Under the pieces are notes generated by a model. It made no database searches and was not told the DNA's origin. It worked only from the letters and a program-made list of their open reading frames with translations. The position numbers were made by a program, and so were the translations under genes. Source: Iphione sp. A-MEVVRFRX5 (taxonomy: Eukaryota). From it: 64,000 nucleotides of DNA. The stretch covers positions 56,730,001 to 56,794,000 of the forward strand of contig OZ320314.1 in NCBI GenBank assembly GCA_976226885.1. The letters run 5' to 3'. Below are positions 25,001-39,800 of this stretch, in pieces (within the stretch, counting starts at the first letter, position 1; each line of letters starts with the position of its first letter).

Positions 25001-27832
25001 TTAAGGAATATATTGCCAGGACATATACACTTCAAGCTAACCAAACAGATGATTCTTTGTTCATCTCTTTTACAGACTGCTGTAAGTCTGGGTCAACTGC
25101 TACTTTGGCAAGGTGGACTAAAAATGTCATGGCGTTGTCTGTTATAAACATGCAGGTATTCTCTGCATATTCCATGAGATCCGCTTCTTCACCGAAGTTG
25201 GTGAAGATGGGGATGCCTTTGCCTAAAATTATGAAGAGGGACATGTGGAGTCATGCCAGTATTTCAAGTTGTTTCACTTGAAGGGTATTCAGGTTGATGT
25301 ACAGCAATAGACTGTGCAGTCGACCTTTGAGGCTTCAGGCTTTGAAGGCCCAGGTAAACACATTGTGTCCTATCCTAGTACTAAAGTTAGTGGGTTACAT
25401 GAACTTACTAGTGAAATGTGACCTTGACTTTGCACCAGGATGAGAACACAGGTATCTAGCTGCCCACCTCTCCCTCCCCTTGTGGGCATGTTAGTTTTCC
25501 TCATCCTTATAGGTTTCTCTTTCTTTCTATTGCTGTGGAGTTCATGACTACTTTGAAAAGGTGAGATTCAAGATAGCTGACTGTGGTGGAGCCACCTGAA
25601 CTGCATCTCAGCTAGAGGTCAGGGAGGTTGTCCTTGGATACTTCAGTGCAACCTGCCTCAGAGGTCTCAGTGACCTCATTAAAGGGATTATGTCAATTGG
25701 CTAGGAGGGCTGAGGTCCTTCTGGGCTAGTTAGAGCCATTACCCCAGTGACCTCATTAGCTGTTGCACTGGATGCTTTGAGGTCTTAAGGTGGGATTCGA
25801 CCTGGTTCTATTCAGAACAGTCACGTCAATCAACCTGCAGCCTGAGCCTTGGGGTTGGTTTGACCTGGTTATAATCAGATTCATCAGTTCGATTAACCTG
25901 CAGCTCTTCCATTGGGGTCGATTTATGTTACAGATGGCTATGCTCACACTTCATCATTGGTGGATGATTAAAATTTTCTGAGTGTTCACGCTTCAACTTA
26001 GGGGTGTGATTTGGCCGATTGTCTTTGGGCAATTTGGATAGCATTCCAAACTTAATCTCAGAGGTAAGAGTGCTATCTGGAGCATATCTGGAATGAAGCC
26101 ATAGGTTGTTGAACCATTCCATCTTACATAGCACCTCTAACACTGCTGCACATTTGTGCATGTCTGTAGCGTTTCTTTGCAAGACATTTGATATGCCTGT
26201 GGTGTATTGGACTTTTACTGGATTAGTACATGATGACCCAATTAATACATGCATGGTCCTATCTTCTGCACCTGCAGCAGTGGCTAAAGCACACAATCAT
26301 GATTTTGTTGGAACTTTTGTGACATTAACAAGTTTCCTTGCTAAGTCGCAGGAGCAGTCCACACAGCATGCAGCACAAGCAGCTGCACAAGCCATATGTT
26401 CCCATGAGGAACTTGTGAGGTTGCAGCAGCAAATGCATGAGCAGCTGCTGCAGTGATTCTTACTAGATGTGTGGCGTAGTATTGATTTCTTTGGTCAGAA
26501 TATGGCCCAGGGTATAGTATGTTGATTGATCAGGATAACGAGAGTAAAGAAGCCAATGATGGTGTGGTTTCCCAAGCCTTAGCAGCCTTGTGGGAGCCAG
26601 AACCTGGCTCTCTTGCTGTACTGATAGACCAAATTGATGCTGACAATGATGTTGGGTCACTTCTCAATAAGAACATGATCCCTTTAGCCAGGAAGCTTCA
26701 TCTCTACCCTTCAAACATTGAACGTTTACAAGTTTGTAGGCTGAATGAGGTCCTTTTTGCAAACCTGTTAAAGGAGCTATGAGAGGGGGAGTGTGTCCTC
26801 CAGAAGGTCAGAGAGGGGGAGTGTGTCCTCCAGAAGGTCAAAAAGGTCCTTATGTCTGAAGTCATCATGTCCTGTAAGGTGATTGAACTGATCATTCCCT
26901 ATGTGGAGGAAGTCCAGTAGACAGCGATTGTGCAACAGGCTGTGGTGGACTCCGTGGTGTTGTGGGGCTCCACTTTTCAAGGACTGATTAGTGATTAGTG
27001 TTGGACGACTGCCTGTCCCTATGACAACCCATATGTCATGGCAGGTTTCTGCATTCAAACCTCCATATAGTTCATGGCCACACCACTTACCAAAGGTGTC
27101 AGCCCCGTTTTATAATTATTTCCCTTTTTAAGTCCATTTGTTTTTTTTTTAAATCATAGTAAGTCTTGCTTGGTGTTTTCCCAGTCTGTTGTATTTTTTA
27201 AGTCTCAGGTAGACACCTAATGTACAAAAATTGAACTAGAATTAGTAAATTACCTATGAACTTACCAGTGAAATGTGATCTTGACTTTTTGATACTATTG
27301 TACAATGGTCTCTTCCTGCCCTTCTCTTCCTTCCCTTGTGTGTGTGTTTTGGGGTTGTTTTTTGTCCCCCGCCTCATAGAGGGGGGGAAATTAGGAATGC
27401 TGTTTGCTGGTGTCCCAACCGTCTGTCACACTCTTGTGGGTCTTATAAGTCTTAAACCCTTCACTCAAAAAAAACTGATTTTAATATATGATATTGGTAT
27501 ATATGGCCCCATGGTACTGGGTAATTTTGGTAGTAATTCAAATATTTTGAAGGTGAAATTATGCTAATTTTACTCTTTTTCTAACACACCTACAAACATA
27601 CATACCCGTTTCAGGGGTTCCTAGGTCTGACAATGCACATACATACACACTCAGTGCTCAGTCATGCAGAACCGAGGGCTTGTAGCAGTCTGGTGCTCAG
27701 TCAGGCAGAACCGAGGGGGCTGTGCCCGGTCAGGCAGAACCGAGAGTTGTAAACCTGAAAGACTTAAACAAGTCTAGCCAACTACCCCCAAAACAAGCTG
27801 CCAATCAAGGTGGTTGTAAAGAGAGAGAGACA

Positions 27833-27869
<37 letters not shown>

Positions 27870-30800
27870 CATTTTCTCTCTTTCTCTCCCCTTCTCCCCC
27901 CCCCCCATCTTTATGGGCAGTTGATGGCGGGGGACAATAGACCTCACAGGTCCACACTCTTGTTGTTGTTTCCATTAGGCTCTGAATCTGTCTATCACAT
28001 CTTATTGCTCTATTCTCTTCTGCTTTGATTACTGATTCTGCATGGGTTGTCTGCTTGTGACACCTCCTGTACATATATCTCAACCAGACAGCAGTGTACA
28101 ACAGTATCACAAAGTCAAGATCACATCTCACTGGTATAAGTTTATGTATTCTAATATTCAAGATGGTCTTGGAAAGTAAGTTAAGTAAAGATGTTGATAC
28201 TGTGTGATAGGTATAGTGGCGGTGTCAGTGGCCGAGCAGCTATCGTTTGACGAGCGCGTGGACCAGGCGGCCCGTGTAATCATGACGCCCTCACTCATCC
28301 TTATTTGGAGTTTCGCCGACCCCATCCATCCACAGGTGAGGCATGTGGCAGGTGTAACTCCCACTACGGGGACCCATAGAGTGAGAGACACCCATATATG
28401 TCGGGGACGGGACGGACGATAGAGAAAGGAAACATTGAAACAGCTAGACTACATGTACTGAGCAGACTAAGAAAGAGGGCGCTAGAGTAGTCTTGAAAAG
28501 TAGACTGTATAGCAGCGATTTCAGACGGTACATTAACATCAGTAAGGCATTCATACTGAATAAAAATCTAATTGGAAAGAAATCAACCGAAAGGAACTTA
28601 TTATTACATGGGATGTCACTCGTGTCACCATGTAATCCATTTCTCCACTATTTCAAAGCTCCTACTCGAGGCCCCTGATGACATCTACAGCTTCAAGTTT
28701 TGCCCGACTGATCCCAACATCATTGCCGGAGGCTGTGTCAACGGCCAAGTGGTTCTCTGGGACATATCAGCCCACGTTGATCGACTAAAGACACAGCGGG
28801 GTACAAATAAACGCAAAAATATGAACTCGTTGGTAAGTGGATCTATCTGAGACGACCCCTTCCTAACTCTTAAATGCCTACCTCTGGTGTCTCTATATGT
28901 GATTTCGGGCCAAACCTTGACACTCTGTTTGCAACTGTATAGGGTCGACCTTCTCGACTACAAAATTGACGGACTGCCGTGATTGGCCCAAACTATGGTA
29001 ATGATATTGCTGCGCGTTTGTCATAAATCTAAATGGTTCTTTATAGTCTATTTCGATTGTGTTCAAAGTACATGTAGCAGACTTTTGTTTGCTGAATGCT
29101 TCGGCTCATAGCTTGCAGTGACTTGTATGATGCCGGTATGATATATTCAGGATTCTTCTATAGATCATTTTGTAACTGATATGCGAATATTTCCCCTTCG
29201 TCGCTTTCTCAGTCCAGAACAACCGAGAGGGTAGGTAATCAGCAGAGTTATCTAAAGAAAATGCAAAGTGTTTAAAAATACTAGAGATGTGCATCATCTG
29301 TATGCTAACGGTTGTTCAATATAACATTCAAACGTAAATAAATTTTATTTTGATCCTCTCCAAATGTAAAAGTGATCATTTTCTAGCGGGAAATCGATAA
29401 TTTGCCAATTCACCGATATCAAAGAGCACCATGTAACTAAGTAATATCGGCAGTTGTTTCTTCCTTTACATTTTTTATGAGTTCATGTTCATGACGTCCA
29501 TATTTTTGACTTCAGTGCATAAATGTGGTGCATATTTTTTCCCAATTTTCTGGACATTTTCAATTAGAAAATGCTTTGAATTTTGAAGATAGTACCGTAA
29601 AACGGGATCCATCGGGGATGATCTTTATCATAAAACGTATTTTCACATCCCTTTAGAGATTTTTAGGTAATCCTAATGTCTCAAATGTGCATGTCCATCC
29701 TCACATTGTTCACACTTTGTAAACCTCCACGTTAAGTTGTCACTAATATATAAATACTCTATTCCAGGTAAGTCTGTAAATGAATTTATCATGTCCCTTT
29801 CCCAAGTGTCATCATGTTTTGTCAGTTTAGTACCTAATATCCACAAGCAATTAATCACAGAATGTAGCTTCTCTTTATTCCTCACTGTCACATATATATA
29901 TATACATACAAATGTAAATGAATAATATTGTATGAATTTGTACTATTAATGCATGATGAATTTGTGTACAGACATGTAAAGGTGGCGAATTTCTCTCGGC
30001 TCAACCAAATACCACTCTTTCTACAACCGCAATACTTTATTTGTCTAGGATTATGGCGGCACTTGCAGGGTCTCTTAAATACCCGTATTTTATTTGAATG
30101 CTTGTGATTATTTCCTAAGTTTCAAGCATCTTATTGCAATCCAATAAGACTACCATCAATATAACATGGGACTGTAACTAAAGAAGTTGAGGTAGACATT
30201 AATTATTAGTGGTAAAAAGTACACAAACAAAAACATTTCTTGCCATGTTATTTCTGAATGGCTAAACCAACACGATCATACAGTACTTTGTGCATATGGT
30301 TACTAAAGGGGACATATAACAGTGATATTTCTACTACCATGTTTATTCCTGTATGCAAACGTGTAGCCGGGTTTTGAGGATGAGAATGCCATGGAAACTC
30401 CAGTCATGCGCTACTGTGCTGTATCTTCCATCGAGCACAGCCACCGCTCAGCAGTCACAGATCTCCAGTGGGTCCCTGACCACATGGAGGTATGTATGTA
30501 ACAAGAAACGTAACTCAAAGGTTTTGTAATATATTGTGTAGGTAGTAACTTATTTGTGTGTTAGCACTGGGGCAGTTCAGCTTAGGTATCTTGTATGCAT
30601 TATGTGATGTTGGGGGGGGGCATGGCATGGCACCCCCTTGTTTCTGGTATTCCTCCAGGGTTTCCCCGGTATTGCGGAGGGGGATATTTACCTATAAATG
30701 CAGCCGAGTTGTTGTTGTGTTCAGTTGTGTATCAGCCTTCATTGAATAAACATCAAATCCGGACTTACCAGTGGACCTTATTTATTCATCAGTGCTTTGA

Positions 30801-33800
30801 TGGAGTACACATAACAGTTTCCTCCACACCTGAAAAGCTTCCACTGAACGAGCTATTTGTATATTCCACGAGCTGTACCATGCATCTGGCCAAAACTGTA
30901 CATTGTGCTTTATGTTGTCATAGGTTTTCTCCTGAGAGGCCAGGCCATTTATATGTGTACAACCCCGATGGTACATTGTACTTATTTTTAGACATAATAA
31001 GTGCCTGTTTTCATTCCACCACCAGGTGAACCGGATGGGTATACCCCAGGAGAATAAGAGTGGCCAATGTGTCCAAATTATGACCAGTGCGACTGACCAG
31101 TGAGTATATACACACTCTTTCGTTACCTAACACCGTATTACCTTATTTCCTCCTTACTTTCATAAATATAAATCAAAAGAATAATGAGGAAAGACAGTAG
31201 ATATCGATTCAGCCATTCATCGTCACAGTTGTACTCTGTTAATACGCCGATCGTTATATAACCAGTAAGTCTCGGGTTCACTGTGTTGTCAATGCTAAGA
31301 TACAAAAATGAACTACAGTACTGTAGTTGAGGAATCATGCTTTCTTTAATATGAAATGCTTTTCCAAGATATGAATATTTTGTATTTTCCTTCATCTCAG
31401 ATATGAGATCTGAGAATTGGAGAATGTTCTCCATTCTGCCTGCCCATACAGTCGAATGCTGGTTTCTTACCACTCTTCTGTTACGAGCTCAAGTAGTTGC
31501 ATTAGTGGTCTTGGTTGCATAGTGGTCTGAGCTCATTTGTTAAGAAAAGTGGCAAATTTGAGGAGTAAACATCCCCAAAGAAGTGAATTTTATTATTTGA
31601 AGTCCTAAAGTCCCGTTCTGAGCCCAAATCGCTGTATTATTGCTTTTGGTCGCTAAGTGTGATGGTTTGAAACAAGCATTCACGTGTATTTTCGTTTTCA
31701 AGAATGTGCAATGCTGTACATGTACTTACGGGGGTTTAAGTGTCACAAGGAAAAATATGTCAGATGCTCTTTACATCGAAATTTACAAACATGTANNNNN
31801 NNNNNNNNNNNNNNNNNNNNNNNNNNNNNNNNNNNNNNNNNNNNNNNNNNNNNNNNNNNNNNNNNNNNNNNNNNNNNNNNNNNNNNNNNNNNNNNNNNNN
31901 NNNNNNNNNNNNNNNNNNNNNNNNNNNNNNNCACCCATTTGGCCTCCAATACCTCCGTACATGTGAACTATGAACATGTAGTTGTCCCATGTTCAGGAGT
32001 GAACTCAAACTGTTAAACGTCTGCCTTGTGATTCTGAAACGTGGTAGCCCTAGAAGTAAGTCAGAACCCTCCCTCGTTTTATTTCCACCCCAAGTCCTCC
32101 TACCATAATTAAGAGGAACTCATCTCGACGGTTCTGATAGCTGGTAGTCTTCTCTTCCCACTAGCCCCTCGCTTCACTGGGATTTGTACAGGAACAAAGT
32201 GGATTCCAAAGATGTACCCATCAAATCTCGGCCTGCTGGTCCTTCGGCGCACCGGCTAGACATGGTGGACGAAGAACAAATTGAACGGTTGCCGGGGTAA
32301 CCGATGTGTTCACAAATTGATGTCGTTGGAACCCATCACTATGTCCACTGACCCCATCCCATTAAAATCGCATGGTTTATATAAATTATATTGATAGTTT
32401 TAAATAACAATTCACCATAATTTTATGCGCTTTGTCGTCACCATTCGAGGAGCCGTTTATAAAGTCCGTGTATTTTCCACGTACAGTTCACAATTTCAGT
32501 TTTGTTTAAGGGAAAAACGCTTGCGTGCGATTACACAAATATAATCACGTGACATCATCTGTCACACGCTCCCGTCATATGAATCCATTGTTTTAAACAG
32601 TAAATCAGTTTTGCATGTTATGTTGCAGTATGCTCCTTGCACAGGCTTCATGGTATAGCTTATGACACTCTTTATTCTTTGATCATATTTATTGTAATAT
32701 TTATATGTGAAATGACTTCAGAAATTTCTGCCGTTTAATTGCTGATGAAATTACATGTATTGGTGACTATGATACCACAGAGGATTAACCTAGATCTTAG
32801 TTTTATACGACGGTCTTTCCATCTACGAATCTGTAGACCTGTTTTAAATTAGAGAAGACTTTTTTTTTCATATTCCAGGGAATATAGATTTTCCAATGTC
32901 GCCAGCTTAATCACTGAGAGGAATATTCACTATGATCTAGTACATTAACCTCGGGTAATCTACATTACTTAAATTTACTCGATGAAAGTTTAAAATCATC
33001 TCACATGTTTTCCCTCTTACGGATGCTTACCTTACCGCTTTATCTTGATTCCAGGATTTATATTATTCAATGACGATCGCCTATTTCCACCCACTGCTAT
33101 GAATGACTTATGCGTAATTACATTTATGACACGTGCTGCCGATTTTTCCCTTCCCATCCAGGGTTTTAATTATAATATGTATATTGTTGTCCAGACCCCT
33201 CACGCTCTACCCCGAAGCAGCGGAATCCTGTTCCCCTGTCACCCAAAGTATGGTGTAAGTGGTATCTGTGAATAGTTGTAATCTGTGGTATTGCTTGACC
33301 TCTGACCTCTGCTGACCTGCCTCGCCCAGCTCGGTGCTCTTCTGGGATACTCGTCCACCGAAGATCCAGCAGCAGCAGAGTCAGGCCCAGGATAAGAAAC
33401 AGGCAGCAATTAACAATCCTATCGGCGTACCCACCACCTTCAAACACCTCGACCTCACCTGGAAGCCGCTACTTAAGGTAAGCCCTATATCACCAGGAAG
33501 AACCTGTATTTCAAGTACCAAGTCTCATGTTCCCTTCTTAAGGGTCGCTAGGACGTGCTTAGTATCAGTGCTTTCATCGAGGTTGCAGTTTTTGTGATTG
33601 GATGCAAGTTTATCTGATCTGAGCATTCCTCCCTATCGAGATGTATGTGCGATTTAGATGTAGGCAGCACGTCACTTGTTTACATGTTTTTTTTAAATTG
33701 AATTTTGCGCATTTCGCACCAAGAAGACCAGAGGAGGGACTAGTAAAAACGACGGTTGTTTAAATTTCAGCAGCTTGTAGGAGCTGTCCTCGTTGACGTG

Positions 33801-36800
33801 ATTCAGTCCACTTTGACTATTTTAAGTTCACATGTTTTTTAGGTCAACCTTCCAAAGTCGGAGCCGGGCGGTGACCATAGTCCACTGAAGTTCAGCATCC
33901 AGGAACGACAGGGTGACCGAAGTGTCTGTAAGTATAAAGAGAAGGCGCAGAAATTGCAGAGCTTTGTTGATAAACTAATGGAAGTTTGCTGTACTGATCG
34001 ATATAGGGTGCTCATACGACGCATTAGAAAAATTATATAAAATTGTACATGTACAGTATAATTTAGTATATATTTACTCTCTCACTTATAAATTATGCAG
34101 ATTCCCCCGCACCCCCTCCTTTTACATATCCTCGGGCTGTATGCATTGACGGTTCTTTCTTCCATAACTTAAACGTTGCAGTTGATGAAGCCTCCGAAGA
34201 ACCAGGTTACGTTTTGAGTTTGCTTGAAATCGGGCTAGAGTTAGTTTAATTCGAACAGCGTTTTGATGAATTCTATCGTTCATGTATTAAATGGAAGGTG
34301 TGTTGATTGTTCAATGTATTGATTTTATACCCCGAAGCCTTTGGGTTGTATTTTTTTGTATTGTAGCTATTACATTACCATTGTTGTAGTACCCGATTGG
34401 GAATTAGAAATGGCTTGGGGAATCTTTTGGATCATCAAATAAGTGAGATCAGTAGCTCTTGTAGTCCCATATGGTGAACCCCACTTTGGATTCCTCTCTA
34501 GAAAATCAGTTCCCTGTTTTCCGTATATGAGGTGCAAAAAAAAAAGCACAACAGTATCGACAGTGTGTCACTTGACACGTCGCTTAAACATAATCATACA
34601 GTCACTTTTTTCAGTATACGTCTATTATATTGTTAATTTACTGAAGTGAAATTGAGCGACACCACTATACTGTACATTGCTCTGTTCATTATTTCTAAAT
34701 TATACAAACTGCATAAATTCACTCTAAGGAAATTGGATGAAAGCTGTAGTCAATATTATAACATACAGCAGTGTATACATGTCCACTGTACATATATTAT
34801 GGTACTCTGCATGCATTATAAGGAGAGCTTGTTAGTGCACATGTATTTAGAGCTAACAGTGGTCTTTTTTCCACCGTTATGGTAGTATCCAAGAGCACTG
34901 ATGAGAAGAAGGACCCAGGAGCAAGCTCAGCTGGAGGTTTTGGCTTCAGCAAGCCAGGCTCGGGCAAGAGGACGTTATCAGCCGTGAAGACACATTTTTA
35001 TGTTGGCACCGAGGTATCTATTGCAAGATGTAATCAGCTTAAGCCAGTTCCCATTCATTCTCAAATTAATATTTAGCAGGAATGCTTGCTTCTGAAAAAA
35101 ACGCTTAAACTTTAGTACCAGGGCTGACACCAGGTGTCTCCCAGAGATAAGAGTACAGGTAGTGCCACCGTAATCAAAGCATACATAGGCACTTTGAATT
35201 CAGCTGTCACTATGGTGGGATGTGTACCTAGGTGCTGTCATCTTTCAGACTCTGAGTCTTTCTATTCTGCTTTGAAGGATGTTTTCTGTTTTATTCTTGG
35301 GATAGTTATGCAACTGGATTGCATAGATATGTATTGCATTTCTCTTTTAGCCCTTCCTAGGTATTTTTTTAATAGATGACCGGCTTGGTGAGAGGGGTTG
35401 GAGACCTCTCCCAGTCAAGACATGAGCTCACGTAGATGTCACAGTGAGATCACAGGAACCTCACAGCTGTGAGCTCACATGTATTATATCACAGTGAGCT
35501 CACAGATACCTCACGGCTGTGAGCTCACATGTATTATATCACAGTGAGCTCACAGATACCTCACGGCTGTGAGCTCATATGTCTGATATCACAGTGAGCT
35601 CACAGATACCTCACAGGTGTGAGCTCATATGTATTATATCACAGTTACGTTTCCGACCGTGTAGGGACAGCAAATGGAGCTACAGACATGTGCTATAGCT
35701 CGTTGGAAAGCTCTTGATGAGAGCTTTCCAACGAGCTATAGCATGTGTCTGTAGCTTCATTTTCTGCCTCTACACGGCCGGAAACGTAACGGAAAAACGT
35801 TGAGGTTACCCATATTGAGGTTACCCAGAATGCTCTCTGGCAGATTTGAATTTTGTAAACAACAGAGCTCTGCATGTAGTGACTCTCTGCACTTCAAGGA
35901 AGGATCTATGGAAAAATACTGTAAGGAAACAGTTTAATTGCTACAGGTGAGTATCTTTATGTTAAAATGAACTTAAGTGTGCATTTATTTGGTGTAATTC
36001 TGAAAAGATTAAGAGAAAAACAAGGAAAGTTGTCAGTTATGTGTAGGTTATGCCTCCCTCATGCTAATCTAAGGATTGCCTGGTTTAGATAAAAGCAAAT
36101 TTCCTTCAAATTAGAGGGAAAAGATATTATAAATGGTATCAGATAGTCAGTATACAGTGTGTTTGGTATTCTGCTTATGTATAAATAGATTAGTTATGTA
36201 TTTTTGCTCTAAACAAAGGTTTGTCAGTGATTTTTTTTGGTGTTTAGAGCCAAGGTAGTGCCAGTGTAGGGATACTATCATATTAAATCTTCTTCTGGGT
36301 TCCCAGACATGAAATAAGTGCATTGTTCATTTTATTTTTAATGTAATGAGATCCATTGAGATAGTTTCTATGAGTAAATGTTATATCTTCCTTCTGTTCT
36401 CTCTAAATGTAGACAGTGGCCAGTCTCATAGCGTGAGCTCAGTCTGAGCTCATAGTGAGCTCACACTGTGAGGTCACAATGTGAGCTCACTGTGAGGTAA
36501 CCGTGAGGTTACAAATTGAGTTCAGCATGAGCTCATGATATGAGGTCACTGTTAGCTCAGTGTGAGGTCACATTCCTGACTGGGCTGTCTCACCGCTTCC
36601 TCTACCAGGTTATTTCTCAGGACAATGAAGTAGTCCTAGACAACTTGCGACCATTCTCCTGCCCAGGAGAGTCCTGCTGAAAGGTTGTAATCCAGGCAAT
36701 GTAAGCTGGTGAGTGACTCTGGTCGCTGGTCTTGCTGAAACACTGGCAAGTTTAGTGATCTCTGTTGACCCCATGAGTGTGCAGAGTGTGCCACCTTCAA

Positions 36801-39800
36801 AGAAGGACAATGTACTGTGTCAAAGAGCTTGATTGCTATTGTTGAGGGGCAGTTAGACACTCAATTGACCAATCGCTGTTTTACGTCATTTTGCTGTAAA
36901 ATGATGTTTATGTTTTTATGCGGGAGAGTGCCGAATGAGCACCAAATGAGTGCCAAACTTTACCCTTCCTTGTAAGTTAAGATAGAAAGACAATCTGTAT
37001 AGCAACTTCTTTCTTATATCCTTGCTGTGATACATGGCAACATCTTTCCTGTGTGATGCGACCGTGAACTGAAAAAAAAATTGAAAAAAAAATCGTTCTT
37101 AAATCCTTGGCTTTAATTTGATTTAAATTTTATTAAATCAGACAACTAGAACTGTGTGTTTGGGGATTAGAAAGACAACCCCTATCTTGTATTTTTAGCA
37201 GCACCATGTGGAAGCTGTCATAGTCTTATCTGGAGCTGTTGTAGGCTGTCTACCAGTTTCACTGATTGTTCTAATTCATTTTGCGTCATAATAACGAAAA
37301 AAGGGCGATGGGCTAATTAGCACAGCAATCTTACTGGATTCATGCTCAGAGGGGTCTAGAGCTCAACTTAAAGGACTAATAGACCCATCAGATATCGTTG
37401 GTTATGGTGTATTTGAGCAGAAAATGTGAAAACCACAACATATCTATGGCTTTCTTTAGGAGTAATACTAGACATGTAACAATATATTTGTATTCATTTG
37501 ATCATTGAAAGCAGGAAAGAGCCATCTAAGTATCTAAAATCTGATGTTTTAATAGTGAATTGCTGCTGGGGTGATGTAGTTTTGCTGATAGAGTAAGAAA
37601 GCAATAGGTCTATTTGATGCTCAATTAGTGCAATAATCAAGTGGATTGATGCACCTGTTGTATCCCTAGCAGTCCAGGCGTCTCACCCAAAGAGGCTGAT
37701 GAGTGGTATTGTCCAACTGGATGGGAAATTAGCTACTCGAGATGTTGACACACCTGTTGTACCTCTAGGGGTCCAGGAGTCTCGCCCTAAGCAATTAAGA
37801 AGTACTTCTGGACCACTGGATGGCCAAGTAGCTACTTCAGGTGCTCAATTGGTGCAGTAATCCGTTGGATTTATGCTCAATAAGGCCTAACAGCTCTATT
37901 GTCATCAGGAAGGGGCAATTAGTGTAACAATCCAGATCTATTAACTAACTTGTTACAGTGTCACCCCTTGTTGTAATCAGAGTGAACTAAGATGTTGTCT
38001 GATTGATTTGATAAGGTTGCTAATCCTGATGGATTCACACTGTTCCTTAGTAGGGTAGTTCTGTTCACTCGTTCAGACAGTCTCTCCACCTGATGTAATC
38101 AGAGTGAACTTAGACGATGTCTGATTAAGTCAGTAATGTTGTTAACCCTCAGGTAACAATGCTATATTGTCAACTTGAACAGATTAGAGCAGTTCCATAA
38201 TGCTTCTTATGTTGACTCAGTAGGGTCATTAGGCCCTGCAGCAGTGTTGGCCCACTCACTCAAAGATGGGTTGGTCTGTTCCTGTGTGTTGTAGTAGGGT
38301 CATTATGTTCACTCATACTTATTCACAACTTTAGGCATATTCATCTCCTCCGGTCTGTCATGGCAATTGAAGTTGTCCACACTTTTATGCTGTTTTATAT
38401 GCCTTTGCAAAAGTTCCCATCAGTGGTGTTTATGTTTTTTTACAACTTATGATTAAAAACATTTGAACTCACAGCAACAACTTATAGAAAGAAAGGGTCA
38501 TTTGTCATCCTTGTGGCTTACTCTGAAGTGCAATATGCTTCTTCTTCTGGTAGCTTCGTCTTTCATGCTTCTTCTTTTGGCCAGAAATGCTAGAATACAG
38601 GCTATCTGTAATATTCAGTTATGCTCTCAAGATTAATTTGCTGTCTTAAGGAGTCCAACCAAATATTTGTGTTGTCAGATGTGTTAAGGAATACATTGCT
38701 TGTGTATTCATGCCTTAAGGACTGTATTGCTAGGACTGCATGCCTCAGAAGTAATCAAAAGGATGATTCTTTGATCATTTCCTTTACAGACTGTCATAAG
38801 TCTGTCACCACATTCATTTTGGCTTGGTGAACTAAGGAGGTGATGTCTTTAACTGGAATTGATATTCGGATCTTTTCAGCTCATTTAACGAGGTCTTTAT
38901 ATATCTTCTTCTCAGGTAGCTAAGATGGGTATATATAAATGCCATTATCAGAAATTATGAAGAGGCATATGTGGAGCCATGTCAATAGCTTTTCTACTTG
39001 AAGGATATTCAGCAATAGGTTATTTGTTCTACCTCAGAGCCTTATGGCTTTTAGGTCTCAAGGAGACACCTGTTGTCCATCTCTGGTACTAATGTTAGTA
39101 GATTGCATGAACTTAACAGTGAAATGTGTTGATGACTTTGTACCAGGAGGTAGACACATCTGTCTAACTGCCCATCTCTCCCTCCCTTTTGGTTTGTAGT
39201 TTGCATCAGTCTTTGAGGATTCTGTTCTCATCCTATTGCTATTTTTCAAAAGTATCGATGTATGCTGTTGACTTTGGTGGCACCACCTGTACTCTATCTC
39301 AGGTAGACACCTGTGTCCACCTCCTGGTAAAAAGTTACTGGTAAACTCATGTAATCTACTAAATCAATAACCTACATTGGGCGCTACTTTTTTTCAATAA
39401 TTGAAGTAAAATCGCAGTCTATTGTATGACTAGTGTTCTAAGCATTGATGAAAGTGCACTCGGTGGCCTCGTTGTCTTTTGTCAGACTTAAAAACCTTGG
39501 TATATGGAGAGGTTTTAAATTGTAATCCGGGAATTGTTGGTGGACCCCATGTTTTCATATATTAACAGTCTGAAGCTGGTAACTTTTTTCTCTACTTAAT
39601 GGAGTGTATTTTACCATCAGGACGGAGAGATTGTGTACGCTGACTGGATGCCACAAAAGGACCAAGATAGCGGAAAGATCCAAAGTGAGTTTAATCTAAT
39701 ATCCTCAAAAGATCTTTGTAACCACTGATAGCCTTTGTTGTTTCTCCGAGGGGTCTGACAAGCATACAGTACCTAAACAGTGGACTAATGTAAAGCTGTA

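Larger units (their letters stand above)
35113..39365 (+). mobile_element. DIRS1-like element D, heavily decayed (DNAI3 intron 14)
   Basis: Left ITR AGTACCAGGGCTGACACCAGGTGTCTC...GAGTACAGGTAGTGCCACC is inverted at ~39275-39330. ICR at ~39058-39170. YR remnant at ~38620-39010 (CLKDCIARTACLRSNQKDDSLIISFTDCHK). Confidence 0.82.

Noticed and set aside
11883-25281. An active, autonomous DIRS element or a domesticated recombinase
   Set aside because: All RT, RNase H and YR frames contain stops, frameshifts or insertions, and catalytic residues are altered (YFDS; YSMR instead of HSxR).
31640-32016. ORFs spanning the N run
   Set aside because: Artefacts of translating the assembly gap.
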